Shown here one piece after another: positions 53,185-64,000 of a DNA stretch of 64,000 bases. Position 1 is the first letter of the stretch; every line of letters begins with the position of its first letter. The DNA lies in NCBI GenBank assembly GCA_964016885.1, contig OZ024741.1, forward strand, positions 263,872,001 to 263,936,000. The letters are read 5' to 3'. Both the position numbers and the translations under genes were made by a program. The notes under the pieces are model-generated. The model did no database searches and was not told the origin of the DNA. It was given only the letters and a program-made list of their open reading frames with translations. This DNA is from Eledone cirrhosa. Its lineage: Eukaryota.

Positions 53185-53740
53185 TTGATGGCTACAAACT
53201 CTGCTAAGAGTACTGCAATCGATTGTCAGATTCAGATGTGTGACCCTCAGATATGGCTTTCCAAGCCTGCTAGAGACTTGCATTCTTCACACACTGACGA
53301 CAACTATGGATCTCCCTGACCTCAGCTCTTGCATCAGGCTGTTTGTGAACCCTCACAATACCGTGGAGATCATAGTTCACTGGTTCTCTTTGAACATGGA
53401 TGCGACTGTGGCTCCTGAGACCAGATTTGCTCAAGCAAATCTTTCCACACTCCAGGGCACACCAATTCAATGGAGACACCGATCGTTTCGAGAGATACAC
53501 CGGGGCATTGCTTACGCACATCCTGTTTGATGTCGCGCTCTATGAGTATGTCCTCAAAATCATGGACCCCATCATTCACCATTCCACTCCAAGTTTCTCT
53601 TTCAAGAGCCTCTATCTCCCAGTCAGCCACCATCAATGAGTCCATTACACAATCGTTGATTCGGAGCCTTGGCTTGTGAGGTGGTCTCCTTGCCCTTACA
53701 AAGCTCGCAATAAAGAGTTGTTTTGGGATTCGATCATACA
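53185..53740 (-). mobile_element. RTE (BovB-like) LINE C-terminal fragment
   Basis: RIPKQLF...RRPPHKPRLR...WEIEALERETW and C2H2-like CLECGKICLSKSGLRSH. Confidence 0.7.
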
Positions 53741-53999
53741 TACATATACAGAAATATTCCAGTAAAAATTTCTGTATATGTAAGGGTGTATGTTTATATC
53801 TGTGTATATAATTGTCGGTGTGTGTTTATCTAAATATATATATATTTCCTTTTTTCTCGCGTAGTCTGATTAACTGATGAGGTCTAAGAAGACTAAAACA
53901 TGTCAGCATTGTCTCCGATATTGGAAATGACTAAGATATTTCTTCTGCGTCGTCTAATTATTTCTAGTTATCAATTTGATTGGTTTATGATTTAGAATC

Positions 54000-54670
54000 A
54001 AGGACAATATTTTTTTGGCGAGGATGGGTGGGAGAAAGTTGATTAAATCGATACCAGTGTATTACTAGTACTTTATTTCATCGTTCCCGTAAGGGTGAAA
54101 GGCAAAGCTAACCTCGACAGGATTTGAACTCAGAAAGTAAAGAGACGCACTCTATGCCGCAAAGCATGGCGTCCGATTCTCTACCAATTACTGCCAATCC
54201 ACCACCCTTTGTTTTATTGTGAATATTGATTTCTAATTTAGGCAAAGCTGGGAAAAGCCCAAAGTTGATTAAATCAACCCCAGTATTTAACTGGTACTTT
54301 ATTTTATCGACTTCAAAATGATGAAAGGCAACGTTGACCTTGGTGGGATTTGAATTCAGAATGTGAAGAGCCAGTACAAATAGCGTAATGGCATTTTATC
54401 TGACGCTCTACCCATTACTGTCAAGCCACCGCTCTTTGTATTGTAGTTAATATTGGTTTCTGATTTAGGCACAGGGATCAACAATTTTGGGGAGGGGAAA
54501 ATCGATTAAATCGACCCCAGTGTGTTACTGGTTCTTTATTTTACCGACTCCCGTAAGAATGAAAGGCAAAGTTAACCTCGACAGGATTTGAACTCAGATC
54601 AGAAACGGGCGTAACTCTGTGCCATAAAACATGCTGTCCGACGCTCTACCGATTACTGCCATCGCCCTTT
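54000..54670 (-). mobile_element. Three tandem copies of the abundant SINE
   Basis: Three head-to-tail ~220 bp units. Confidence 0.85.
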
Positions 54671-55864
54671 GTAGTGTAGTTAATATTAAAATAGATAAAG
54701 TGCCGAAATCAAATATATAATAGAAAGTTAGTATCGTTCTTTCGTCACCAAAGTAAGTTCCCCTTTTAATTATAAGCGATACCATAAGTTTAGGGTCCCT
54801 AGAATAGAGGCTTTGGGGTGAGGTTCTATGACGTAGTTGAATTGTTAGAAGTAATAACTAAATTCCTTTCAAATCAAATCCAACCCTTTGAAACATTGAA
54901 ATGGTATATTAGATGATGTAATTCTGTTCTAGACACTCGTAAAAAGACAGGATAGCCACGGCTGGAATGTCTATAACTATAAATCAGTTCAATCGTGGCT
55001 AACAAACTGGGGCTAAACAGCAACAACAACAACAACAATGACATTAACTGGAGAAGGTTACTTCTGACAGGACCTGCTGGAAGGAGTGTTTGAGGACTCT
55101 TCCCTCACGACTCTCTCGGGAATAAGAAGAAGCAAAAGAAGAAGAAGAAGAACAACAACAACAACAATTACAAGAATAACAACAACGATGATAACGACAA
55201 CGACGACAACAACAACTATGACAACAACAGTAACAACAATAACAAAACCAACAAGAGCAACAACAACAACGACAACTATAACAACAGCAATAACAACAGC
55301 AACAACAGCAATATCAACTAGATATGATAAACCATTTTGTCTGAAAAGAAACATTATGCCTTAACAGAAGGGGCTGATATGATTTCTGATAAAACTTTAT
55401 TTAACACTTCCTGTTGGGTTATCTAGCACTTCCTGTTGCTATAATGTTCGCGGTACAAGCAGTATTAAACTGATGTTCAGTTTTTTTTTATATGGGAAGT
55501 GCACAGCTCACATTAATTTTCTTCTCGAATATTATCAAAGTTTTATGAACATCTGTTAACAAAATACATGAGGTTATTTGAGGGAGGAATAGGGTCTATG
55601 AGCCGTCACATAGCCACTCGACCTGCTAGACATAGCAGTTTAATCATCTTAAAAAGGGAAAAATAATACATTATATATATATATATATTATAATAGAATA
55701 GAAAAGAAAAACGAACACAGATATATACATATATGTGTTCAAATAGTAAGGGACCAGATTCGCTAAGGTGAAAAGAATACTAACTAAAGACAATTGGGTT
55801 TGCTTGTCTCAATTTAAGAAAAAATCAAGAAAATAAATACAAACCGGAATTGTGGTAACTACCA

Positions 55865-55939
55865 ATCACCCAGACAACTTGTTGTTTCGCAATGTTATTT
55901 GTGAATAGAATTACCAATTCAAGCTCATCAGTGGGTGAT
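55865..55939 (-). ncRNA. Type I hammerhead ribozyme
   Basis: AUCACCCA-CUGAUGA-GC...GC-GAAA-CAAC aa GUUG-UC^UGGGUGAU, 8-bp stem I. Confidence 0.85.
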
Positions 55940-56214
55940 GAATTAGTATCCTAGACACTTCTAAGTATATTAAGAAACTGAATAGTGTGCTATATAAAAT
56001 ATAGCGCACATAGTATCTTAGCGTGTCTCATAAACTTACACCACTAAAAATAGCAGCCAGGTTTATTCGACTTTTGAAATAGCTCAACAAATTAACGGAG
56101 CCGAATATATCAAAGGTATATATTGAGTTAGGAACTCAAAATGAAATGAGCTCCGGCCGTTTCGACAGCTAAATCTGAGCTCAAAACATGGGGAGACGCT
56201 TAATTATTTTACCC

Positions 56215-56317
<103 letters not shown>

Positions 56318-56540
56318 TATCTATCTATCTATATATCTCAGTCGTCGGGTTCCTGACTCCTTTCCTATTACCCACTCTACTACCCTAAGTATCGAGTACT
56401 CTGGTGCGTTATGGTCCACTTAGTTTCTTACCACACTTTCTTTGTTATATATATATATATACGTTATTCCGGGTTGAATCGGAGGTAACCACAGTAAGTA
56501 AGGTACTCGAATGAAACAGTTCTAGTCCTGTAGAATCTCA

Positions 56541-56596
<56 letters not shown>

Positions 56597-56780
56597 TATA
56601 CATATATATATATAAGTTTGTTTTGAAACAGCGAACGAATTTGAAATAGAAATAGAACATTTCATCGTATTTTTTGACTAAAGAAATTTTAGCCTGAGAG
56701 TGGGGTTTAGAAAACCCTCTAAGAAATGCAAAAAGATGAGTATCGACGCGTACATGTAGATGTGCGCATGTATATATATT

Positions 56781-56816
<36 letters not shown>

Positions 56817-57305
56817 GAGGCGGAGAGGAGTGCATGGCAGTAGGACCTAACCTGGGGTCTCGTGGTTGTTAAAGTAAATTACTTCATCCTGCTACGTCCA
56901 AATAGACAATACGTAGATTAAGTGAACTACCTGCTCATTGGATTAATGTGTAAGTGGCTGAATATACCACAGATAAAGTGGGAACGCTTAAGGCAATTCT
57001 CGTGTAGAAATAGTGTAGCGGTATATGACAAGCAAGGCCGTCAAAATTACAGCTACAATACACCTGACGAGACAGGTATTCATAGTTTCTATCGAAACAG
57101 TTTTATCTACAAAGATTGGATCAACAAGAGCCAATGTTTAAAGAACAGAGTCAAATATTTCATATAGCGGAATCAAAGAGTCTCACATACAAAGAGTGGA
57201 TCAACAAGAGACAAACTCAAGTGGAATCAAACTCAATACCTCATGATTGCAACGACAACTTCATAACCAGTTGACTACAGCCGTATTTATACATATATAC
57301 ATACA

Positions 57306-57397
<92 letters not shown>

Positions 57398-57431
57398 TAT
57401 ATACACATATGCATATATATATATATCTATA

Positions 57432-57475
<44 letters not shown>

Positions 57476-57521
57476 CATATATATATATATATATTTATAC
57501 ATATATATATATATATACGCA

Positions 57522-57553
<32 letters not shown>

Positions 57554-57557
57554 CATA

Positions 57558-57620
<63 letters not shown>

Positions 57621-57680
57621 GCATATATATATATATATATATCATACACCCTCTTCCATTACCCCATAGCCATCACTATA

Positions 57681-57732
<52 letters not shown>

Positions 57733-57736
<4 letters not shown>

Positions 57737-57953
57737 AGGCGTGTGGCTGAGTGGTTAGAGAATTGGATTCGCAATCGTAAGGTTGTGAGTTCGATTCCTG
57801 GACCAGGCGATGCGTTATGTCCTTGAGCAAGACACTTTATTTCACGTTGCTCCTTCTACCTGGAGTTGCGACCGATAGATAGTATTAGCAATTGGAAAGA
57901 CCAACGGAAACATTATTTCCTCGGTCCGATTTGACGAAAGTCGATCGTTCCTT
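57733..57953 (+). mobile_element. Young tRNA-derived SINE (third family) in (TA)n
   Basis: Near-identical to 27278-27496. No poly(A) tail. Both flanks are TA repeats. Confidence 0.85.
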
Positions 57954-58229
57954 TATATATATAGCGGCGATGAATTAGTTTAGCGAGGTTTTTTATATGA
58001 AATCGTGTGTCGAAACAGATATTGTTATACTTGGGGAGGGTCATATTTGCGTAATATTGCCAGAATTAATACCACAATGGTAGAAATAACAGTAACAACA
58101 ACAATAACGGTGAAGTAAACAACAATACATCTAGCAATCATAACAATAATAATAATGCTAATGATAGAAACAACAACAACCACCCTGATAACAACAATAG
58201 CAACACACACAACTATGACGATAGATATA

Positions 58230-60643
58230 ATGACAACCCCTTAGAGAAACTATTTTTCAACCCAGCTGACAAAACATATAAGATGGGTAATATCTATCCT
58301 ACGAGGTTACCCTTTAATAAAAGAGTTTGCATACCACAGCAAATAGATGACGAGATAGAGGCACAGTTCACCATAGCTAGAAATAAGATTAGACAAGTAG
58401 TAGACAGGTATACTAAGAGACAGAGCAGACCAGAGGCCCAACAACTTGGGAGGAAACCTGTAGAAGGCTTGGTTAGCCTCAAGCAGCGCACAGGGATGGT
58501 GAGGTAGTGTGTCTACCCACAGATAAGTCTGGTAGGATGTCAATAGATAGCATGCCGAACTACATCGAGGCTATGCAACCCCACATCACCAACACGAGCG
58601 AAGTTGCACAACAAACACACGATGGGAGAGAAAAAATCCTCAACGCTCACATGATGATGTGGACTGACATCCTAAAGCCAAGCAGACGCACTGCCAACAA
58701 CTTCCAGGCGTCTAACAATGGCATACCACCCTTGTATGGGCTCCGCAAAGACCACAAGACAGTCGACGACCCGACAACAGGACCACCAACAAGACCCGTA
58801 TGCGGAGCTAATATAGCTAGCAACTACAGGATCTCCTTCTTCCTCTCAATGGTTATACGCCCCATAATCAAGATGTCCCCAGATGTATGTGAAAGTACAG
58901 AGGACCTCCTCAGCAGAATCAGTGAGTGCAACAAAAACAGGAGCCTATCCAACTGCATAATAGGCAGCATGGATGTGGTGTCACTGTACCCATCCATTAA
59001 CATTGATTTTGCTGTGAAAAGATGTGTGGAGATGATCATTGAGAGTGACGTGGAGTTCTGCGACGTCGACACAGACGAACTGGGCCTCCTACTTAGACTT
59101 ACCTACGACACTGACTACCTAGACAGCCATGACCTTAGATGTTTCTGCCCTAGTAGACCTATAAGAGGTAGACCCCCCCACCATAACCTCAATAGCAAAA
59201 AAGACTCCCATAGGAAGGTGGATTGGGTGGACCAAAGCTATACGGACCCCCCAAAACACTGATCAGGTAAGAAAAATGGTCGCACATGCAATAGGGGCTA
59301 GTATCAAAACTACCCTAAAGGGCCACATATTTAAGTTCAATGAGACAATCTACACCCAAAATGAGGGAGCAGCCATCGGCGTCAGCATAGCTGGTGATGT
59401 TGCCAACCTTTTCATGGTATGGTGGGAAAGGAGACTTAAAGATCTCCTTAATGAGAGCTCCATAGACATCATCATGTACTCTCGTTATGTAGACGATATC
59501 AATATAGTTATAAGAACACTCCCACTAGAGAGCACTAACAAGTTTGATTTAGAACGTAGCACGATGGAAAGCATCCAGCAGATAGCTAATTCCATACACC
59601 AGAGTATAACTGTAACTATCGACTTCCCTTCCAAACACCCTAACAATAGACTACCTGTATTAGACACAGAACTCTGGATTAACACTATAGACGAGAGAGC
59701 CCAAATTCTCCACTCACACTATGCTAAACCCATGGCCTCCAAATACCTGATACTCAAAAACTCAGCAATGTCCAGTAGTGCTAAGTTTAATATTCTGATC
59801 GCAGATTTGGTACGAGTGATGAAGAATGTGTCCAGCATGTGCGACCCAACAGAAATGGAAAGACACATCCAACACTTCATCAACCGCATGCAGTTCTCTG
59901 ACTACAACCAAAGAGACAGAGTCAGAGTATACGAAGGAGCCATGGAAAAGTATAAGACCCTCATAGAACTGGACATGAAAGGAATTTGCCCACTATACAG
60001 GAGAAAATCATGGAATAGCTTAGATAGGGCTAGACATAAGATAGGGAAGGCCACATCATGGTACGACAACCAGAGATATCAGAGTGTCATGTTTGTGGAC
60101 GCCACCCCTGGAGGGAAATTAGCTAACCAGTGTAGAAAGGCCCTGAGAAAGACCCACTTAAAAATAAAGGTGGTAGAAAAGCCAGGAACCACCATAAAAT
60201 CCCTGATCAGCAAAACCTACCCTTTTAAGAAAACCCACTGTACCAATAGGAAATGTATCATATGTAAGGTGAACCCCCGGATAAACTGTAAAACTAGAAA
60301 CGTAGTCTATAGCATAAGATGTACAGAGGGTACTTGCAGAAACATGACAACAACATACATAGGTGAGACAGCTCGTAGCATAGGTGAAAGGATAGACCAA
60401 CACTGGGGGGAACTAAAAGGACGAAAAAACGGGTCAGTACTATACGAACATGCTAGACAACAACATGACGGTAACATAGACAACATAGAAATTAGAATAA
60501 TATCTAAACATAGGAATGACCCAGCAGATAGGCAAATCAGAGAGGCCAGTGAAATAGAAATTAGAAGACCAAAGCTAAACAGAAAGAATGAGTGGAACAA
60601 CAACAACACCCAAACAAACAACACTGACCTAAGAGAAGTATAA
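58230..60643 (+). pseudogene. PLE polyprotein: reverse transcriptase + GIY-YIG endonuclease, two frameshifts
   Basis: GLVSLKQR/DGEVVCLPTDKSG, YGLRKDHK, RPVCG, DVVSLYPSI, GAAIG, RYVDD, LPVLD, CTNRKCIIC, VVY..YIGETARS..ER..QH, EA..I..LN. Frameshifts near 58490 and at a C-run near 59175. Confidence 0.92.
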
Positions 60644-60920
60644 ATAAGTAAATAAATAAAATAAAATAAAATAAGATAAATAAATACATACACAAGCACA
60701 ATAACAACAAGCACATAAACACACACTAGTCACCCAGCAGGCACAACACTATACACACTAGTCACACAGCACACATAACACTATACACACACGCAAACGC
60801 ATGCGCAAAGAAGACAAAATAAAATAAACAAACAAGCAAATAAATAAATAAATATATAGACAGACTGAATAAAAAAAAATGGCGTAGACATACAACACAA
60901 CAGGAGGAAAAAATATAACA

Positions 60921-60972
60921 CCACTGACGATGTTGCAGATGTGCAACGAAAGATTTATGTAAATTATGTAAA
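60921..60972 (+). ncRNA. Degenerate hammerhead in the Naiad-like pLTR
   Basis: CUGACGA-U GUUGCA gaug UGCAAC-GAAA-GAUUUA ug UAAAUU. Stem I and cleavage site imperfect. Confidence 0.55.
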
Positions 60973-61162
60973 CTATATATACGTGTTTGTGTCTATATTG
61001 TATCTGTATTATTTTTGACCGTCGGTCAGTCAATGGCAACATTGAGGACCGAGTAAGTTAGATCGCAGATATAAAAGACAGCGAGAAGCGAAAACCAACC
61101 AAACAGTGAGTGTGTTCTGTTATTAATTCTGGCAATATTACGCAAATATGACCCTCCCCAAG

Positions 61163-61282
<120 letters not shown>

Positions 61283-61543
61283 TTATATAAATACGTATAT
61301 AAATGCTGATACATTAGACAGACACACACAGGCAGGCAGACATGCAAGCAGACAGACAGACAGGCAGACAGAGATTCAAACCATTTATACATTTTAATAT
61401 CTGGTTCTCTGGTTCTATTCATTCCACAGAGTTTCTTCTTAAATTTATCTAGTATGAATTTACTCCAGCATCACGTTAAAATATTACTTATTCCAGTACA
61501 TTTTACGTACACTTACTGACACCAACCAACATTAAAAACTATG

Positions 61544-61617
<74 letters not shown>

Positions 61618-61685
61618 ATATATACATATATATATTTGTATATATATAGACACACACTCACACACACACACTTATATATACATAT

Positions 61686-61746
<61 letters not shown>

Positions 61747-61747
61747 A

Positions 61748-61835
<88 letters not shown>

Positions 61836-61895
61836 GATTATTTGGTAATTGCAATTTATACGAGCATTAGATATATTACTAGCTATATATATATA

Positions 61896-62434
61896 TGGGG
61901 CCATGTCGAACAACTGCTGTCACGGGTGGGACCAATCCGGTTGACCACTGAGTCCATTGTAACGACCAAGCCGCCTCCCCCCTTCAACAATGAAGGAGAG
62001 ACGGTCTTCCTCTGTGTAATAGCCATGGTGAAAGAGGTGGTATGGCGGACACATTTGAAAGGGCTGAGGTCGGACACCTTTCTCTCCGGCCAACAACTGG
62101 TCCTTTTCTTTAAATACCATTTTAAGAGAAGGATCAGAATGGAGAGAGAGGTGCTCTACCCCAGCGAGAATGGCCCGTGTGAATGGGCCTTCTCTCTTTA
62201 TCAGCCTGTAGGTGGAAAGGTGGAAGTTCAAAGGAGCACCCCTTCTCTGTGCCCCTAAGGAAAAGGGTTGCACACTTTTTCGGGGGTGTGTGTAACCCCC
62301 AAAACGCCTCCTCCCTATTGAGGACTGTATTGTTAATTTTATATTTGTTATTTGTTTTTTACTCGTTCCTTTATGTAAATTTCCCCCTTGTATTTGTCCC
62401 CTTCTTTTGTGCCCTCGTGGCAAATAAATAGAAA
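61896..62434 (+). mobile_element. 5'-truncated Tx1/L1-like copy 4, in (TA)n
   Basis: [20 protein letters not shown]...[10 protein letters not shown] plus a 3'UTR ending AATAAATAGAAA. Confidence 0.92.
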
Positions 62435-62562
62435 CTTATATATATATATATACAGAGTACTATGTACATATATATATTGCATTTTTTCTTAGAATATATT
62501 TACTCTTCCTATTTAAATAACTATATATACACACACACACATGTATATATATAGATACATAC

Positions 62563-62596
<34 letters not shown>

Positions 62597-62744
62597 TTAT
62601 TACAAATAGGAAGAGGTTAGAAATATTTTCCTTTCCGGTTACATTCTAATCTGAAATGGCCAGTTTATGGCTGTGAAACATCACTAACGTCCAATCTCAC
62701 GTCATTCTTTACACATAAGACAAGACGTTACTTATACCCTCATA

Positions 62745-62855
<111 letters not shown>

Positions 62856-63046
62856 ACGAAGGAAATGTGGTAAGGAACCAGGTGGACCATAACGCACCAA
62901 AGTACTCAATACTTAGGGTAGTAGAGTGGGTAATAGGAACGAGTAGGACCCCGACGGCTGAGCTCAAGCCGTTTCGACGGCTAATTTTGGACGCCAGAAT
63001 TAGCCGTCGAAACGGCTTGAGCTCAGCTGTCGGGGTCCTACTCGTT

Positions 63047-63048
<2 letters not shown>
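62856..63048 (-). mobile_element. Fold-back mini-element in (TA)n
   Basis: ~57-bp near-perfect arms + tail. Same family as 11432 and 18481. Confidence 0.75.
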
Positions 63049-63123
<75 letters not shown>

Positions 63124-63679
63124 TCTGTGTGCTGAGATCGGGGAGACCACTAATCATGGGAGTACTCCAAACATGGGGAGACGCTGAATTATTTTACCTC
63201 TCTCTCTCTATATATATATATTTATTAAAATAACAGATTAAAGTTTAAGTAAAGAATCGCTGCTTTCACCCTTAACGGGATCTTATCGAGCCCTCTTTGG
63301 ATTTTAGTCTTCACATTTATTATTATTACTATATATATATATACATGAATATATGTATAGTATATTTGGCAATATACTGTATGTTTAATTTAAAACATTT
63401 AGAAGACCATACGCTATGAGTTTTAAAGTAGTGACTATGTCACTTACTTATTCCAGGCAAAAAAACAACAACAGAGAGCGGCCGACAGACAGTCTGTTTC
63501 TTGCTTGTTAGAGTTTATCAAGATTACACACTCCGCTGCCTTTGCCGATAATTATAGAAGCTGGATTCTTATAGAATTCCAGTAATAATCAGGAGCTGAT
63601 TAAACAGAGCGATTGCCGGTCCAGCAAAAATTAGGTATTAGGATTGGTGCTCTGAAATAGCGATGAGTACATGAATGTA

Positions 63680-63979
63680 CGAGGTGTGTCAGAAAAGTTC
63701 CAGGACTGATGTCACAAAATATTTATTTCAAACCCAAACTTCACACTAGTAGTTTTCTTCTTCAAAGTAATCCCCCTGGAGTCTAATGCACTTTTCCATT
63801 CTTTTCTGCCACGCTTGCATGCACTCCTGGAAGGATTCTTCCGGGATCCTCCGCAGTTCCGTCGTCGCAGTTACATACTCCAGGGGGATTACTTTGAAGG
63901 AGAAAATTCTTAGTGTGAAGTTTGGGTTTGAAATAAATCTTTTGTGACATCAGTCCTGGAACTTTTCTGACACACCTCG
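63680..63979. mobile_element. Mariner-derived MITE, 300 bp, TA target duplication
   Basis: TA|CGAGGTGTGTCAGAAAAGTTCCAGGACTG...CAGTCCTGGAACTTTTCTGACACACCTCG|TA, ~103-bp arms. Minus-strand internal frame ESFQECMQAWQKRMEKCIRLQGDYFE is the end of a mariner transposase. Confidence 0.9.
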
Positions 63980-64000
63980 TATGTACAGTATATTTGGCAA

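Noticed and set aside
59260-59262. TGA as a selenocysteine codon in the Naiad-like ORF
   Set aside because: It lies in the shifted frame after the C-run indel near 59175. The true frame is open there.

Overview
AT-rich, microsatellite-saturated animal DNA with no recognisable host gene. The repeat landscape suggests a cephalopod such as an octopus, but that is inference. Main content: (1) a near-intact ~5.3 kb L1/Tx1-clade retrotransposon (ORF1 with a CCHC knuckle; ORF2 with APE, RT and CCHC, frameshifted) in a (TATC)n tract, directly behind two 5'-truncated relatives, with a fourth copy in (TA)n. (2) Penelope-like elements (PLEs): a 5'-truncated Naiad-like RT+GIY-YIG copy with an inverted end, two GIY-YIG remnants, and many short non-coding (TA)n-embedded pieces. 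By eye these PLE sequences carry about 13 hammerhead ribozyme motifs with an intact core and about 6 degenerate ones, some with compensatory stem changes. (3) Two homogeneous satellites, 97 bp x ~12 and 80 bp x ~40, amplified from the C-terminal coding end of an RTE and a CRE-like LINE respectively. (4) Many tRNA-derived SINEs, LINE fragments (RTE, CR1, R4/Dong-like) and a mariner MITE. All folds and alignments were read by eye, and boundaries are approximate to a few bases.
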